Source: Octopus vulgaris
Lineage: Eukaryota
Reading direction: 5' to 3'
Assembly: GCA_951406725.2 (NCBI GenBank)
Contig: OX597826.1
Span: 19,778,001-19,842,000, forward strand
Length of the DNA stretch: 64,000 nt
A program made the translations under genes and the position numbers. This document shows, piece by piece, positions 1-12,003 of the stretch; the stretch's first letter is position 1; the number at the start of each line of letters is the position of its first letter. The notes beneath the pieces were generated by a model. That model was not told the DNA's origin. It saw only the letters and a list, made by a program, of their open reading frames with translations, and did no database searches.

Positions 1-270
1 GTTAAATAGTTTGATATTGTCGATTTTTACCCGCCAATATCTTGGCCTTTGCTTCTAAAGGCATTAGACTTCGCTAACCAGTATGTCACCATCGATAGCT
101 CGGAAACAGATAATATTATCCTGCATGCAAGGAAATCCCTACTTTTTTACGATGATTCCACCTAGGTCAAAAAGAGTGAAGATCTTCTTTTCGATGTACC
201 GATGGGGGCATATGATGGAGCGGGGTTGTGTATGCTTATAGGAACTTATATTTTGCATAATCTGCAACTA
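1..270 (+). mobile_element. Penelope-like element RT fragment (Naiad-like), with stop codons
   Basis: Frame +1 reads [50 protein letters not shown], matching PLE RT motifs. Two in-frame stops. Ends close to a (TA)n tract. Confidence 0.8.
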
Positions 271-293
271 GAATTCCTTTTCATATATACTAC

Positions 294-347
<54 letters not shown>

Positions 348-348
<1 letters not shown>

Positions 349-846
349 AAGTCAGGGTGCAATATGTACTTGTTTGCTTGAAAGAGGAGTAAAACTTCCC
401 CAAACCACGTATCTCTCACTAATGTAAACATGCACGGAGAATGTAGTAAATACATTTAGAAAACTGGTCATTCCAATTTGTAAAACTAAAGATATGAGGG
501 TAGATATCCCAGTATCAATTGATTTTGCCTTCTGTGCTGAATTGACACTGAAAGTTCATCAGCTCGGCTTACTACGTAAAGTATTTTTTAAAAATATATT
601 TACCTTCCCGTGCTAGTCTGTTCAGTTGAAGGCCCCGCGACTTCTAAAGAACATTAGCGAGCAAGTATAAATTCAAAATTCAAATAAGTTATCATCATCT
701 TTTAAAACAAAAATGGTAAAGTGGTCAGTAAACATAATCCAAATATGAAAAATATATATTAAAAGTCAGGGTATATGTACCTGTATGCAAGAAAGAAGAG
801 TAAAACTCTCCATAACCACGTATCTCTCACTATATGTAAACACACA
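348..846. repeat. Diverged ~90-bp direct repeat (348-436 and 762-846)
   Basis: aaagtcaggg..tatgtac..gagtaaaact....aaccacgtatctctcacta..tgtaaaca occurs twice, about 415 bp apart. Confidence 0.75.
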
Positions 847-941
847 TTGAAACTTCCCCTTGATTTCTTTTTCTTTTCCATTTACAGCCGAATAAAACAC
901 CGAGTCTTCCGGGTCTGGGGTTGAAGTATCTTGTTGCGATA

Positions 942-2101
942 CGAGGGACGTTCAATAAGTAATCCCCCTGACCCACTTGCAGTTGTTTGATCTAGCTGAA
1001 ATATTATTTATATCTCCATCGATTAAGCGGCAAATTACAGCTCTGAACTGATTGTGGTTTCTGATTTGCAGGTGTTTGAACTGAGTCAAGTGTGAAATGG
1101 AGCCTGTTGAGTGTCGAGCAGTGATCCGGTTTTTGTATTTGAAAGGACGCACACCACGGGAGACTTTTGATGAAATGAAAGTAACTTATGGTGATGATGC
1201 CCCATCATATGACCTTGTAAAACGCTGGCATCGTGAATTCAAACATGGTCGGAACTCTGTGGAAACAGCTCCCAGATCTGGTCGCCCCACTTCTGCCATT
1301 GATGAGGCATCTGTCCGTCAAGTTGAGGCTGCCATTTTGGAAGATCGACGCATAACTATTCGCCAAATAGCCCATCAGGTCCAGATTAGTACCGGGTCTG
1401 TGGAAACTATCATTCATGACCATTTGCATATGCAAAAGGTGTCTGCCAGATGGATTCCCAGGCTGCTCACACCTTTCCAGAAGCAAGAACGCGTCAGAGA
1501 CCAAAGCCCAGTCAATGCAGTGGAAGCACCATAACTCACCTCCTCCAAAGAAGGCAAGGGTGTAGCTCTCCGCTGGCAAGGTCATGCTCACAGTCTTCTG
1601 GGACCAGGACGGAGTAGTGATGACAGATTTCCTGGCAAGGGTACCACAATTACAGGAGCCTATTATGCTTCACTTTTGAGGAAATTAAGAGAAGCTATCA
1701 AAATCAAGAGGCGAGGCAAGATCAGAAAAGGCATCCTCCTCCTGCAGGACAACGCTCCGGTCCACAACTCGCGTGTCGCCAGATCAGAAGCACAGGCGTG
1801 CGGCTATGAACTCCTCCTGACCTTGCACCCTCTGATTTTCACCTCTTCCCAGCCATGAAGTTGTTTTTGAAAGGAAAGCGTTTCCCAGATGATGCAGCCT
1901 TGATTTCTGAAGTCACGTCGTGGTTGGAGGACCAAGCTGGGGTCTTATACAAAAACGGTCTCCAGAGCTGCATCAAACGATGGGAGAAATGCGTAACTCT
2001 GGGTGGTTCCTATGTAGAAAAAGACTAATAACTGTGCTAAATTTCGTTGCTCTACTGCTATGGGAAGTGGGTCAGGGGCATTACTTATTGAACGCCCCTC
2101 G
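942..2101 (+). mobile_element. Mariner (DD34D, irritans-like) transposon, internally deleted and frameshifted
   Basis: ~39-bp TIRs (cgagggacgttcaataagtaatccccctgacccactt and its inverse at the right end), TA on the left. ORF 1097-1534 has the HTH region, RSGRP and WIPRLL. Later QDNAPVH and DLAPSDFHLF. First catalytic D region is missing. Confidence 0.92.
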
Positions 2102-2829
2102 TTATTCTTGACTTTCAGAAGAAATCTTTCGTAGACTCCAAGGTTTCGCTAAAAAGTTACGATCAGTTTGCGAACGCTGAGTTGACATAAATTGGTCATT
2201 TAAAGACGAACTAAAACGCGAAGTTTTTCTTTTCTCTTTCTAACATGGATTCAATAAAAGAATTGCTGCCAGATTTCTGAAGACAGGTAGGCTTTTCCAC
2301 AGAAGTTTCTTTAGCATCAGTACCGTCTTCACTCTGTGAATCAGAATAATATCTTCTGTTTCTGACGACATCTCACTCGACCACCAATGAAAATCTGAAT
2401 TAAAAGGCGTATAATTGGGAAAATTCATATCCACTAAACTTTCATCGTTGTTTTCATAACTTAGTTCTTCGATGTCAGACTGTTTTTTATCAGTTGGTGA
2501 TACAGAAGACTCTGTTTTGTGTTTATTTACGACGTCCATGACATGTCTTTCTGTGTTTGTAGCTGTCGTGTGGATAGACTTGTTCATTTTATTCGAATGA
2601 AAGCCAAACTTTTGCATGCAGTCCCGATTTTTACATCTTAATTCTAATTTTGTATCAGAGTCTAAAGATTCTGAACATAGATCCGGTTTGTGTGTCGGTA
2701 TGGTTGTAGATTTAATAGTTTTGAAAAGTCTGTCTGATTTTGACAGTGTAAAGTCATTTTCCTCCGTCTTTGAACGGTTTGTTTGCGAATTAAAGATTTC
2801 TTTCAATGAATTTGAATTTAACTTAAATT

Positions 2830-5800
2830 CCTGTTGAAGAACATCAACAAAAACAGAAACTTAAGCCGCCTGTATCCTCCTCCCCTATTGCTCTTCGACA
2901 ACAAAAATTGATCATTCCAGTCGAGGTACATCAGCAGGAACAAAAGCCAACCATGCCCTCCTCTCCCGATACTTCTCAACTAAAGCAAGAATCGACCATC
3001 AGCACAGAAGTTGCGGAAATTAGGCAAATGATTTCTGCTTTAAGCCGTAAAATAGCAGGAATCAAAACCAGCGTCTGTGCGAAACCACACAGCGAGGGGT
3101 CGTATCGGAGTGCCTGCTCAGCAACTTACCCGTAGCTTGTACGGAACCTCGACGCATCGAGGAAGTCGCTGAATCAACCACTCATGAGGTAATTGCCATT
3201 GGAGTGCCAGAAGATGTGGTAGATCTGCAGGCATTTACTGGAAACACATCTAAGGACCTAAGCTGTATTCCTCCAAAAAGTGCTTTCCGCCTTGGCCGAC
3301 CAGGATCCAAACCCAGACTGATCAGGCTGATGTTTTCAAACTCTAGTGAGGCGCGGGCATACCATCTGGCTGCTGATAGGGCTCGGCGCGAAAACAGAAT
3401 CATCTTTAGGACACGTCCTGGCCTACCACCTGGTGTACGCCCAAAGCTAAGATCTGTAGCTTCCCTAAATCGCAACTCTGTGACACAGGAAAGCTTTAGC
3501 CTACGCGATGATGAGCAAATATGGAAATTTATCAAGTCTGGTGAGTCGTGGATAAGGGATATCAGTTGGACTGAGCAAACTGCACCCACAACAACAACTG
3601 GCAATACAAAAATCTTGGGAAACTATCCAAGAACAATCAGCCATCCCCTGTATATCATCGCCATCTGAAATCCAGATACAAACTGCTGTCCTTGAATGCC
3701 TGTAGATTATGCAACAAGGTACATCATTTTGACTCTTACGTCAAAAGTATCGACCCAGATTTCATCACAGTCACGGAAACATGGGCAAATTCTGCACTCG
3801 GTGATGGGGTTTTCAGCATAGCCGGCTACAACCTGTTCCATAAAGACCACATTAATCGCCGTGGAGGGAGTGTGATGGTTTATGTTCGATCAAATCTATC
3901 AGCAATTCCTTGTGATGATTTGAACCAATCTCAGCAGGAAGTATTTTTCTGCAATATACACATGACCATGTCAACACTTCTGCTTGGAGTTGTTTACCAC
4001 CCCTCCCCACAAAATTATCGTCAAGACATACAACTTTTTGATATCCTCAGAGCTGCTGCCATGAAAACAGCCACTTATGTTTATATTGCAGGGGACTTCA
4101 ATTTCCCTGAGGTTGACTGGGAGGCCGCAAAGTGCAGACGATTTCCTCGAACTGGTGCTGAATTCAAATTGGTCCCAAGTCGTTACCTCCCCCACAAGGG
4201 GTAACAACACTTTGGATCTGCTATTTACCGCTTCTCCTGAAACAATTATTAGTGTCACTACTGAAGAACCTATAGGTGATTCTGATCATTCCATGATCAT
4301 GGCCGACTTGTCTCTGATTGGCTGTAACAAAAACTACAACCACCTTCAAACTGCCCGCTTTGACTGGAATAAAGCAGACTGGAGCTCTTATTGTACTCAG
4401 CTGCGACGCCCAAACTGGCTCGAATTTTATGCCTCTGGAGAGGCATAAAATACTATACTTTAGAACATTCTGAATTCAATATGGGCGGCATGTGCAGCAT
4501 CAGTACCACGCAAGCACAAAAAACCACCCAATAGTGCAATTTGGGATACTGCAGCGGTCCGACTTGCCAGGAAAGAACGCCGTAATGCTGAACAGGAATA
4601 CAAATTGCGCAAATCAGAGATCAACAGGAAAAAGCGCAATAGATCAGCCAACCACCTCAAGCAGGTGACAAAAAAGGCAGTGCTTGAATTCGAACAACGC
4701 ATAGCAACCAACCCTGACAGCAAAGTGTTCTGGAAGTATGTACACTCAAAGCAGAGACCTCACTCTCCAGTTGGTCCCTTTCGCAATCCCCACCCAGGGC
4801 AGATTACTGACAATCTCAAAGAATGTGCAGAAATCATTGCTGGATCCTATGCCGGCATCTTTACTGTCGAAGACCAAAATGTTCCATCTTCATCACCACT
4901 GACATCGGACTCTATATCTACTATGCAATTTACACCAGCAATGCTACAACGCCACCTTAAGAATAAACGCAACTATGCCTCTCCTGGTCTCGATGGTGTT
5001 ACATACCTACTTCTCAAACGCGGTTGGTACTTTCTTCTAAACCAACTTTCACTATTCTTCCAATTCTGTCTTGACAATGGTGTTACTCCAGAGCAGTGGA
5101 AAACTGCCAGTGTTATCCCTCTGTTAAAAAAAGGGGACCGCACATCGCCTGTCAACTATCGCCCCGTCAGTCTTACTAGCTGCATCGCCAAACTGATGGA
5201 ATCCTGTGTCAGGGAAACCCTCTGGAACTTCTGGAAGTCTCACAGCCTCGTCCAGCCGTCACAATTTGGTTTTATTCCTAACTCCAGCTGCCGTAATCAA
5301 CTCATCGAGTTTCTTGAGGACATTACCCAAATCACTGATCGTGGATCCTGGGTGGATGTTGTTTACCTGGACTTTGCTAAGGCTTTTAACTCTGTGCCAC
5401 ACAAAAGACTTATAGTGAAACTTTCTGCGTTGAGTGTAAGAGACGATCTCTATAACTGGTTGAAGTCCTTTATTATCGGCCGAAAGGAGGTTGTCACAGT
5501 TCTAGGACAGCACTCTTCACCCTATGAGATGACATCTGGTGTCCCACAGGGATCTGTTCTTGGCCCCCTTTTATTTGTTGCATATGTTAATGACATAGAT
5601 GCCAACTTAAAGAATGCCACAGTGCTGAAATATGCAGATGACATCAAGCTGTACCTCGAAATAAAGAGGTCAGATCCTGTACACTATAGATCTCTATTGC
5701 AATCAGACCTGGACACAATGCAGCAGTGGATCATGGACTGGCAACTCAAGTTGGCTGTGGACAAATGTACCACGATGCATTTTGGGAGGAAAAACCCAGC

Positions 5801-6596
5801 GTCCACTTACTCCCTCCACAACACTAATCTCAAAAAGTCTTTGTGTGAACGTGACCTGGGCATTATTGTCGACAGCGATTTGTGTTGGACAAAACACATC
5901 GCTAAAATTGCCAAGAAGGCTGAGGGTGTCTTGGCATCATTCACCAATTCCTTTGTGAGCCGCTCTCCGGCTATCTATCTGCGGCTTTACATTTCTATGG
6001 TACGACCTCACTTGGAATTTGCATCACCGGTCTGGAACCCCTATCTTGCCCGGGATATTAATCGTGTGGAAGCCGTCCAGCGACGTGCAACCAAGAGAAT
6101 ACCCTCCATCAGGCATCTGCCATATTCTGAACGTCTTACTTCACTGGGCATGGACACATTGAAACTCCGACGTCTGGCAGCTGACTTGGCAGACACCCAT
6201 AAAACTATTAACCATCTTACAAACAATAACTCTGAGCACCTTTTCAAACTCCACCTGTCTAACACCCGTGGACATGTTTACAAAGTCAGAAAACAGCACA
6301 GCTCCCATGACTTTCGGAAACATTTTTTCACGCTAAGTGTTGCTGAATCATGGAACAGACTGCCGGCATCAGTTGTTAGTTGTCGGAGCACTGCATCCTT
6401 CAAAACTTCCATGCTTCCTGAGATTCGCCAACACTACACCTGATTTTCTCCCCTCCATACACACGCAAGCATGTATCTGACTCATACACTGTTCGCTTTC
6501 CAGACATTTGTACATTACTGCATATACTTTATACGCACTTTTTCCCAAGTTGTGGGGCACCTGAGCACTGTATACAATAATTTCATTATTATTATC
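2830..6596 (+). mobile_element. Near full-length CR1-like non-LTR retrotransposon (ORF1 plus APE-RT ORF2)
   Basis: ORF1-like 2908-3668 (FRLGRPGSKPRLIRLMF). APE endonuclease from ~3692 (VTETW, GDFNFP, PTRGNNTLDL, SDH) with a frameshift near 4130 and a stop near 4446. RT ORF follows. (ATT)n tail at ~6585. 5' boundary approximate. Confidence 0.9.
4605..6443 (+). CDS. Reverse transcriptase portion of LINE ORF2 (612 aa open frame)
   Basis: NYRPVSLTS, YLDFAKAF, GVPQGSVLGPLLF, KYADD, ERDLG, VRPHLEF, QRRATK, WNRLP. Confidence 0.9.
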   Translation: MRKSEINRKKRNRSANHLKQVTKKAVLEFEQRIATNPDSKVFWKYVHSKQRPHSPVGPFRNPHPGQITDNLKECAEIIAGSYAGIFTVEDQNVPSSSPLTSDSISTMQFTPAMLQRHLKNKRNYASPGLDGVTYLLLKRGWYFLLNQLSLFFQFCLDNGVTPEQWKTASVIPLLKKGDRTSPVNYRPVSLTSCIAKLMESCVRETLWNFWKSHSLVQPSQFGFIPNSSCRNQLIEFLEDITQITDRGSWVDVVYLDFAKAFNSVPHKRLIVKLSALSVRDDLYNWLKSFIIGRKEVVTVLGQHSSPYEMTSGVPQGSVLGPLLFVAYVNDIDANLKNATVLKYADDIKLYLEIKRSDPVHYRSLLQSDLDTMQQWIMDWQLKLAVDKCTTMHFGRKNPASTYSLHNTNLKKSLCERDLGIIVDSDLCWTKHIAKIAKKAEGVLASFTNSFVSRSPAIYLRLYISMVRPHLEFASPVWNPYLARDINRVEAVQRRATKRIPSIRHLPYSERLTSLGMDTLKLRRLAADLADTHKTINHLTNNNSEHLFKLHLSNTRGHVYKVRKQHSSHDFRKHFFTLSVAESWNRLPASVVSCRSTASFKTSMLPEIRQHYT

Positions 6597-6607
6597 ATAT
6601 GTATAGC

Positions 6608-6642
6608 AATCTATCTATCTATCTATCTATCTAGCTAGCTAG

Positions 6643-6677
<35 letters not shown>

Positions 6678-6858
6678 CCTAAATACCTACCTACCTACCT
6701 ACCTACCTACCTACCTACCTACCTACCTACCTACCTACCTACCTACCTACCTACCTACCTACCTGCCTGCCTATCTATCTACCTACCTACCTACATACAT
6801 ACATACATATATACATACATACATACATACATACATACATACATGCATACATACATAT
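6608..6858. repeat. Compound tetranucleotide microsatellite (CTAT)n-(CTAC)n-(CATA)n
   Basis: Read directly. Confidence 0.95.
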
Positions 6859-6998
6859 ATGGGATAAAATTTTAAAAAAAGGCGAAAATGAGGTAAATAA
6901 AAATAGGGTTGACGCTCATGAAAATTGGAAGAAGTCTTTAACGTTTCAAGTATACGCTCTTGTACAGAAAAGATAGGCGAGGAGAGAAAAAAGATAGA

Positions 6999-7044
<46 letters not shown>

Positions 7045-7337
7045 ATATATGGTAAAAGATATAAAAGCACCATAGCTACTCAATATTTCCTCTTATCGGA
7101 CTCCTAGGAGCTCTTCTGGTTCTTTGGCAGTCGGAGAACATACAGAAGAGAGATAACTCGATAATGGATAGAAAATTGTTGTCATGGAAACAATATGGGT
7201 ACCATGGAAACAACGAGGTTGTCATGCAACTCAATTTATTTTATCGGTTACTTTTTGCCGAACAGCTTTGTTACAGGGACGTAAACATATCGACATAGGT
7301 TGTCAAGTGGAAATGGGGAGCAAACACAGACACGAAG

Positions 7338-7391
<54 letters not shown>

Positions 7392-7470
7392 ACATGTGTA
7401 TATATGTATATATAAATACATATATGTTTGTGTTTACGTGTACATACATAAAGTAAAGGCTATTTGCATT

Positions 7471-7753
7471 ATGTGGCTGTCCTGGAAGGGACAAATGTTA
7501 CTGTTGTTTAGCCCCAGAAAACATCGTTTCCCGCTGGCTATACGATACAATATCCGGGTCCTTTTTTCCAACATTGCCCCCTAGCCAAGCAGCTACTCTG
7601 TGTTGATAAAGAGCAATAAGCCAGAAACCTGTCCACAGATGTCTTGTGCTGGATGGGAATGCTGGATTCCCTGTTCGAAAATATAAGGACACGGATATTG
7701 TGTCATATAGAGGCTAAACAACAGTAAATTTGTCCCTTCCAGGACAACCACAT
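7471..7753. mobile_element. MITE-like element with ~43-bp terminal inverted repeats
   Basis: atgtggctgtcctggaagggacaaatgttactgttgtttagcc ... ggctaaacaacagtaaatttgtcccttccaggacaaccacat. No coding capacity. Confidence 0.7.
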
Positions 7754-7805
7754 TGCTTTAAAGAACTGTTACTGGATATCTCTTTTCGAGAGATTTTGAA
7801 ATAAT

Positions 7806-7996
<191 letters not shown>

Positions 7997-7998
<2 letters not shown>

Positions 7999-8350
7999 AA
8001 GCAGGAAATGGAGAAAACTTTTGATCAACAAAAAAATTTGACCAATATCGGTTAAATATTTTTTAATACAAAACATAACATTATATTATGAAATCTTGTG
8101 TCATGTTTCGTATTAAAAAATAATCAACCGATGTTGGTCAATTTGTTTGTTGATCAAAAGTTTTCTCCATTTTCTGCTTATTTAAATTTGATTCCTGATA
8201 AACTTTTGCTTATTCCGTTGTTACCTGTACCCTATGAGCATAGTATGCTTGCATACCCATGCCCAGAATAGCACAGGTAAATGATACCGATAGCAAGAAC
8301 GGATACTATTATCGCTTAGACGCTTATTACAACCACTAACTCTGCTTACC
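7997..8350. repeat. Fold-back palindrome between (TA)n tracts with a right-hand extension
   Basis: taagcaggaaatggagaaaacttttgatcaacaaa..gaccaatatcggtt..ttttttaatac (7997-8070) is inverted at ~8110-8181. The extension carries another hairpin (ttacctgt/acaggtaa). Confidence 0.8.
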
Positions 8351-8400
8351 TGTATATATATATATAATCAAAAATAAGCAACAAGAATGATTCCGGTAAT

Positions 8401-8486
8401 TTGGTACAATTGTTTCATACTACAACATTTTATTAAAAGCTGTAAATATTACAGCAGATTTAAGATGCTGAGTATTCTTCAGCCAA
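8401..8486 (-). ncRNA. Type I hammerhead ribozyme motif (PLE pLTR)
   Basis: Minus strand reads ttgg CTGAAGA atact...agtat GAAAC aatt GTA ccaa. Stem I ttgg/ccaa, extended stem II atact/agtat, palindromic stem III ACAATTGT, GUA cleavage triplet. Confidence 0.85.
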
Positions 8487-8736
8487 TTTATATAGGTTTT
8501 CCAATAATATAAAAGCTTTCAAATCAAGTAGTAACATTTTAGGGAAGGTAAGTATACAGATAAAGAAGTAGATATAAATTTTAGGAACATATCACCCCGC
8601 AAATTTTTATGGGTAACAACATTCAAAATTCTGGTGCATCTAAATTAAGTACCATATTCATTTGAATCTAAATTGTTGCTGATCTTATAATTCCATACTT
8701 TGTGTATGCTTTCCGGTACTTAACTTCTCAACAAGG

Positions 8737-9390
8737 ATGGAAAAGGTAAATATAGAGTTTTCCCCTAAGGATATCCCCTTACATAGTAAGGAAGAATACA
8801 TATGGCTGTTGATCCACAGAACCAATGAATTCATCCGAAGAATTAGACGGATTACTTATCACTACGATACTAAACAGAAAAAAGACCCTCAACTAACACA
8901 CATGGATAATCGCTACAAAAAGATTTTTAGAAGTAGAAAGAGTCCACCTCCGAATCCATTGCTTGAAAACTTTGAAAAAGATCTACTGGACCTTATCGCA
9001 AATATAAAATTCAAGGAGCATCCACTGAGATACAATCTACACCTTAAACATCTAAAGGATTTCATTAAATCTATTCAAAATAAAAAGGGGATCCTAGTCC
9101 CAGCAGACAAAACTGGAAATCTTTACAGAATGGATTATGCGACTTACCTGCAAACTCATTAGAAAGGAACTTAACTTAAGGTATAAAATAACAACCAAGA
9201 AAAACTTGAGAGAAATCAATCTAGAAATCAAAAAAGTTACGGAAAATTACAATCTGACCGATAGAACCCAGGATCAATCTTAAGGACCATAAGAAAAATT
9301 TCTTAGAAAACCCCTCGGTAAGACTCATATGTCCAACTAAGTCGGACATTGGCCGACTTAGCAAATCTATTTTGGACAAAATTTTTCTTT
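8737..9390 (+). mobile_element. Penelope-like element N-terminal/early RT region (Naiad-like), truncated
   Basis: KDIPLHSKEEYI..LI.RTNEFIRRIR, FRSRKSPP, FEKDLLDLIANIKF, VPADKTGNLY. After frameshifts: LKDHKKNFLENPSVRLICPTKSDIGRLSKSILDKI. Confidence 0.8.
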
Positions 9391-9642
9391 GTTAAAAAAA
9401 TGGTCCGTTCCATGCTGTTTTTACTTTTTCGTTTCTCGTTGAGTTCTACGTCTATTTGTGGTGTCCTGTACACACGTATATATATTTATATATGCATGTA
9501 TATATACATGTAGATGTAGGTACGTACATAGATGTTTGTATGTATGCATATATTTTATTTATTACACTATTGTATGACTGAGCGCCCTCGCGTCGATTCG
9601 ATTCGATTCGTTTCTTCTTCTCTAAGCTGGTTTATATATATA

Positions 9643-10563
9643 CAGGGTGTCCCCAAAAAATGTATACACACTTTAGCAGCTGATAACTCAATTGATATTT
9701 TTTCTTTCCAGATGAAACCTATAGGATTTAATGATGGCAGTCAGATTAAGCTTTGAACAAAGAAAATTCATTCTAAAATGATACTGGAAGCGTGAAAATG
9801 CAGTTGAAGTGCAAAAACAGCTGGGGAGGGAGTTTCAAACAGATCCACCAATGCAACTCCCTATCACTTGAATTAGAGATAAGTTTGAAGCTGATGGAAC
9901 TGTTCAGAATGTCCGCGATAAGCATTCCAGAAGACCCCGAACATCAACAACCCCAACAAAGCAAGGAGTACTGGAAATGAATCACCAAAGTCCAAGTGGT
10001 TTATCATCAAGAGGATTAATTGGACCATTCTTTTGTAATGCTACTGTGACTGGTCCCGTTTACTTGAACATGTTGCAACAGTCTGTTATGCCAAGCATTA
10101 GAGAAGACTTTGAAGATGAGGAGTTTTATTTTCAGCAAGATGGGGCACCCCCACACTACCATTGCTATGTTAGATCCTTCCTTGATGAGATCTTGCTAAA
10201 CAGGTGGATTGGATGAAGAGGTATGGTTGAATTCACCAGACCCCACACCACTAGACTTTTTTATGGGGATACCTTAAAGACAAATTCTACGCTATGAAAC
10301 CTACAAGTCGCTGATTTGAGAGCAGCCATTGGACGAGAGTGCACACAAATACCAAACAAATTCTTTTGTGATATTTGTGATTCCATTCCTTTGCGTTGTC
10401 AGCAATGCCTGGACCAGACCGGACATCAGTTTGGAAACAGGCATTGACAAAACAATAAAATAATGTCTGTAGATTCTATTAAATTTTGAAAATGAATTGT
10501 CTTTTAATAAACAACTACTTTACAATTGTTTAAAATGTGCATACATTTTTTGGGGACACCCTG
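9643..10563 (+). mobile_element. Tc1/mariner superfamily element, DD41D (rosa/Visitor)-like, internally deleted
   Basis: TIRs cagggtgtccccaaaaaatgtatacaca / tgtgcatacattttttggggacaccctg with TA on both sides. [38 protein letters not shown] motifs. Confidence 0.85.
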
Positions 10564-11940
10564 TATATATACATATATATATATACACACATATACACAT
10601 ATACATATATACATATATACATACATACACACACGTACACACGCATAAGCGCGCTCACACACACACACCTATACACGCGCTTATTTTATTTAGGGAGGAT
10701 TTAGATGAGTAATAATCTGTTGGAAAATTTATTATACCAACAGTACCTTGCACTATGTTTATTAATTAGTATACTGAGTGCTAAGTAAATTTGACCAGTT
10801 TTTAGAAAACTGGAATTCTGAGCAAATATTACGCTTTTCCCACGGTAAGAAATTTTTTAAGTATTATTTTTGACATAGCTGACCAATAAATCTATAGAAA
10901 ACTTTATGTACAATAGGTGGATCGTTTTTGCTGTGTTTTGTTTTTGGATTGTTTACTTTTAGAAGCCATCATTTATACAAGATAAATAGCAATATTAGGG
11001 AATGGCCAAGTGTAGAATTATCCGTTTGTACATATTTATTCTCTGGTAGTGTTGATGATGTTGATGACGGTATTGTTGTACAGAGAAACTTCGAACGAAG
11101 ACATACGACCGTTCATCATATATAAATTGGTTAATATGTATGAATCAAATAAGGAAATGTGTTTACATGCACTCTAATAACCGTGTCTGTCATAAGTCTG
11201 TCATTATGACTGATAGGCTAGCCTAGTAACAGCACACGTTCTTTTTTAATTTGGCTATTGTAGGCAACCATTTTAAAAGACATCTATTTATTCCAGTTAT
11301 TTCCAACAAGGGTTGTTTTAACAGTATTTTATTTTTTGCATATTTTTGTTTCCCATGATGTCAGCTTGGACCTATCTGACTCAACTACCACCTCATTCAG
11401 CAGCTATGTTTAAATTCCTAAGGTGGGTGGGTGGGGGTGACAACAAATAGAATCCAATAATTTATCCACAGCAAAAGAGATACGGTGATCGGAATCAGTT
11501 CTAAAGACACGTTCAGCAGTAAACGGCCTTATCATCTATCATTCTGTGTCTTAGCCTTTCTTTATAGCGATAAGAAAAGCAACAAAATGTTTCTTGAAGG
11601 AATGTTTGTATTAACAGGTGAGAATAACCCACTTCGCTTTTATTTTAAAATACTTTGATATGTTTTTAGTGTCCAGTTTATATTTCGAAGAGACTTTTTT
11701 TACAGTGTCTAGTTTAAAAAGAAACTTAGAAAAAAATTTAAAAAATACGCATAAATTTATCAGTGTAAAAGAAATAATATGCGGTGAATAGGATTAAATA
11801 AAGCTATGCTGGGAGTTCGTTTTAGTCATCACGGCTTCTCTTTGTTGGAAATCATCTTATGACTTTTAAATGTTACTTTTAACTATCAAATCCCTTCAGC
11901 AAAGCAAAATTGTTCTTATTCGTTTTTTGCTTTATATATA

Positions 11941-12003
<63 letters not shown>

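Noticed and set aside
6935-6970. Minus-strand hammerhead-like ctgtacaagag..cttgaaacgtta
   Set aside because: Core too mutated to call from one copy.
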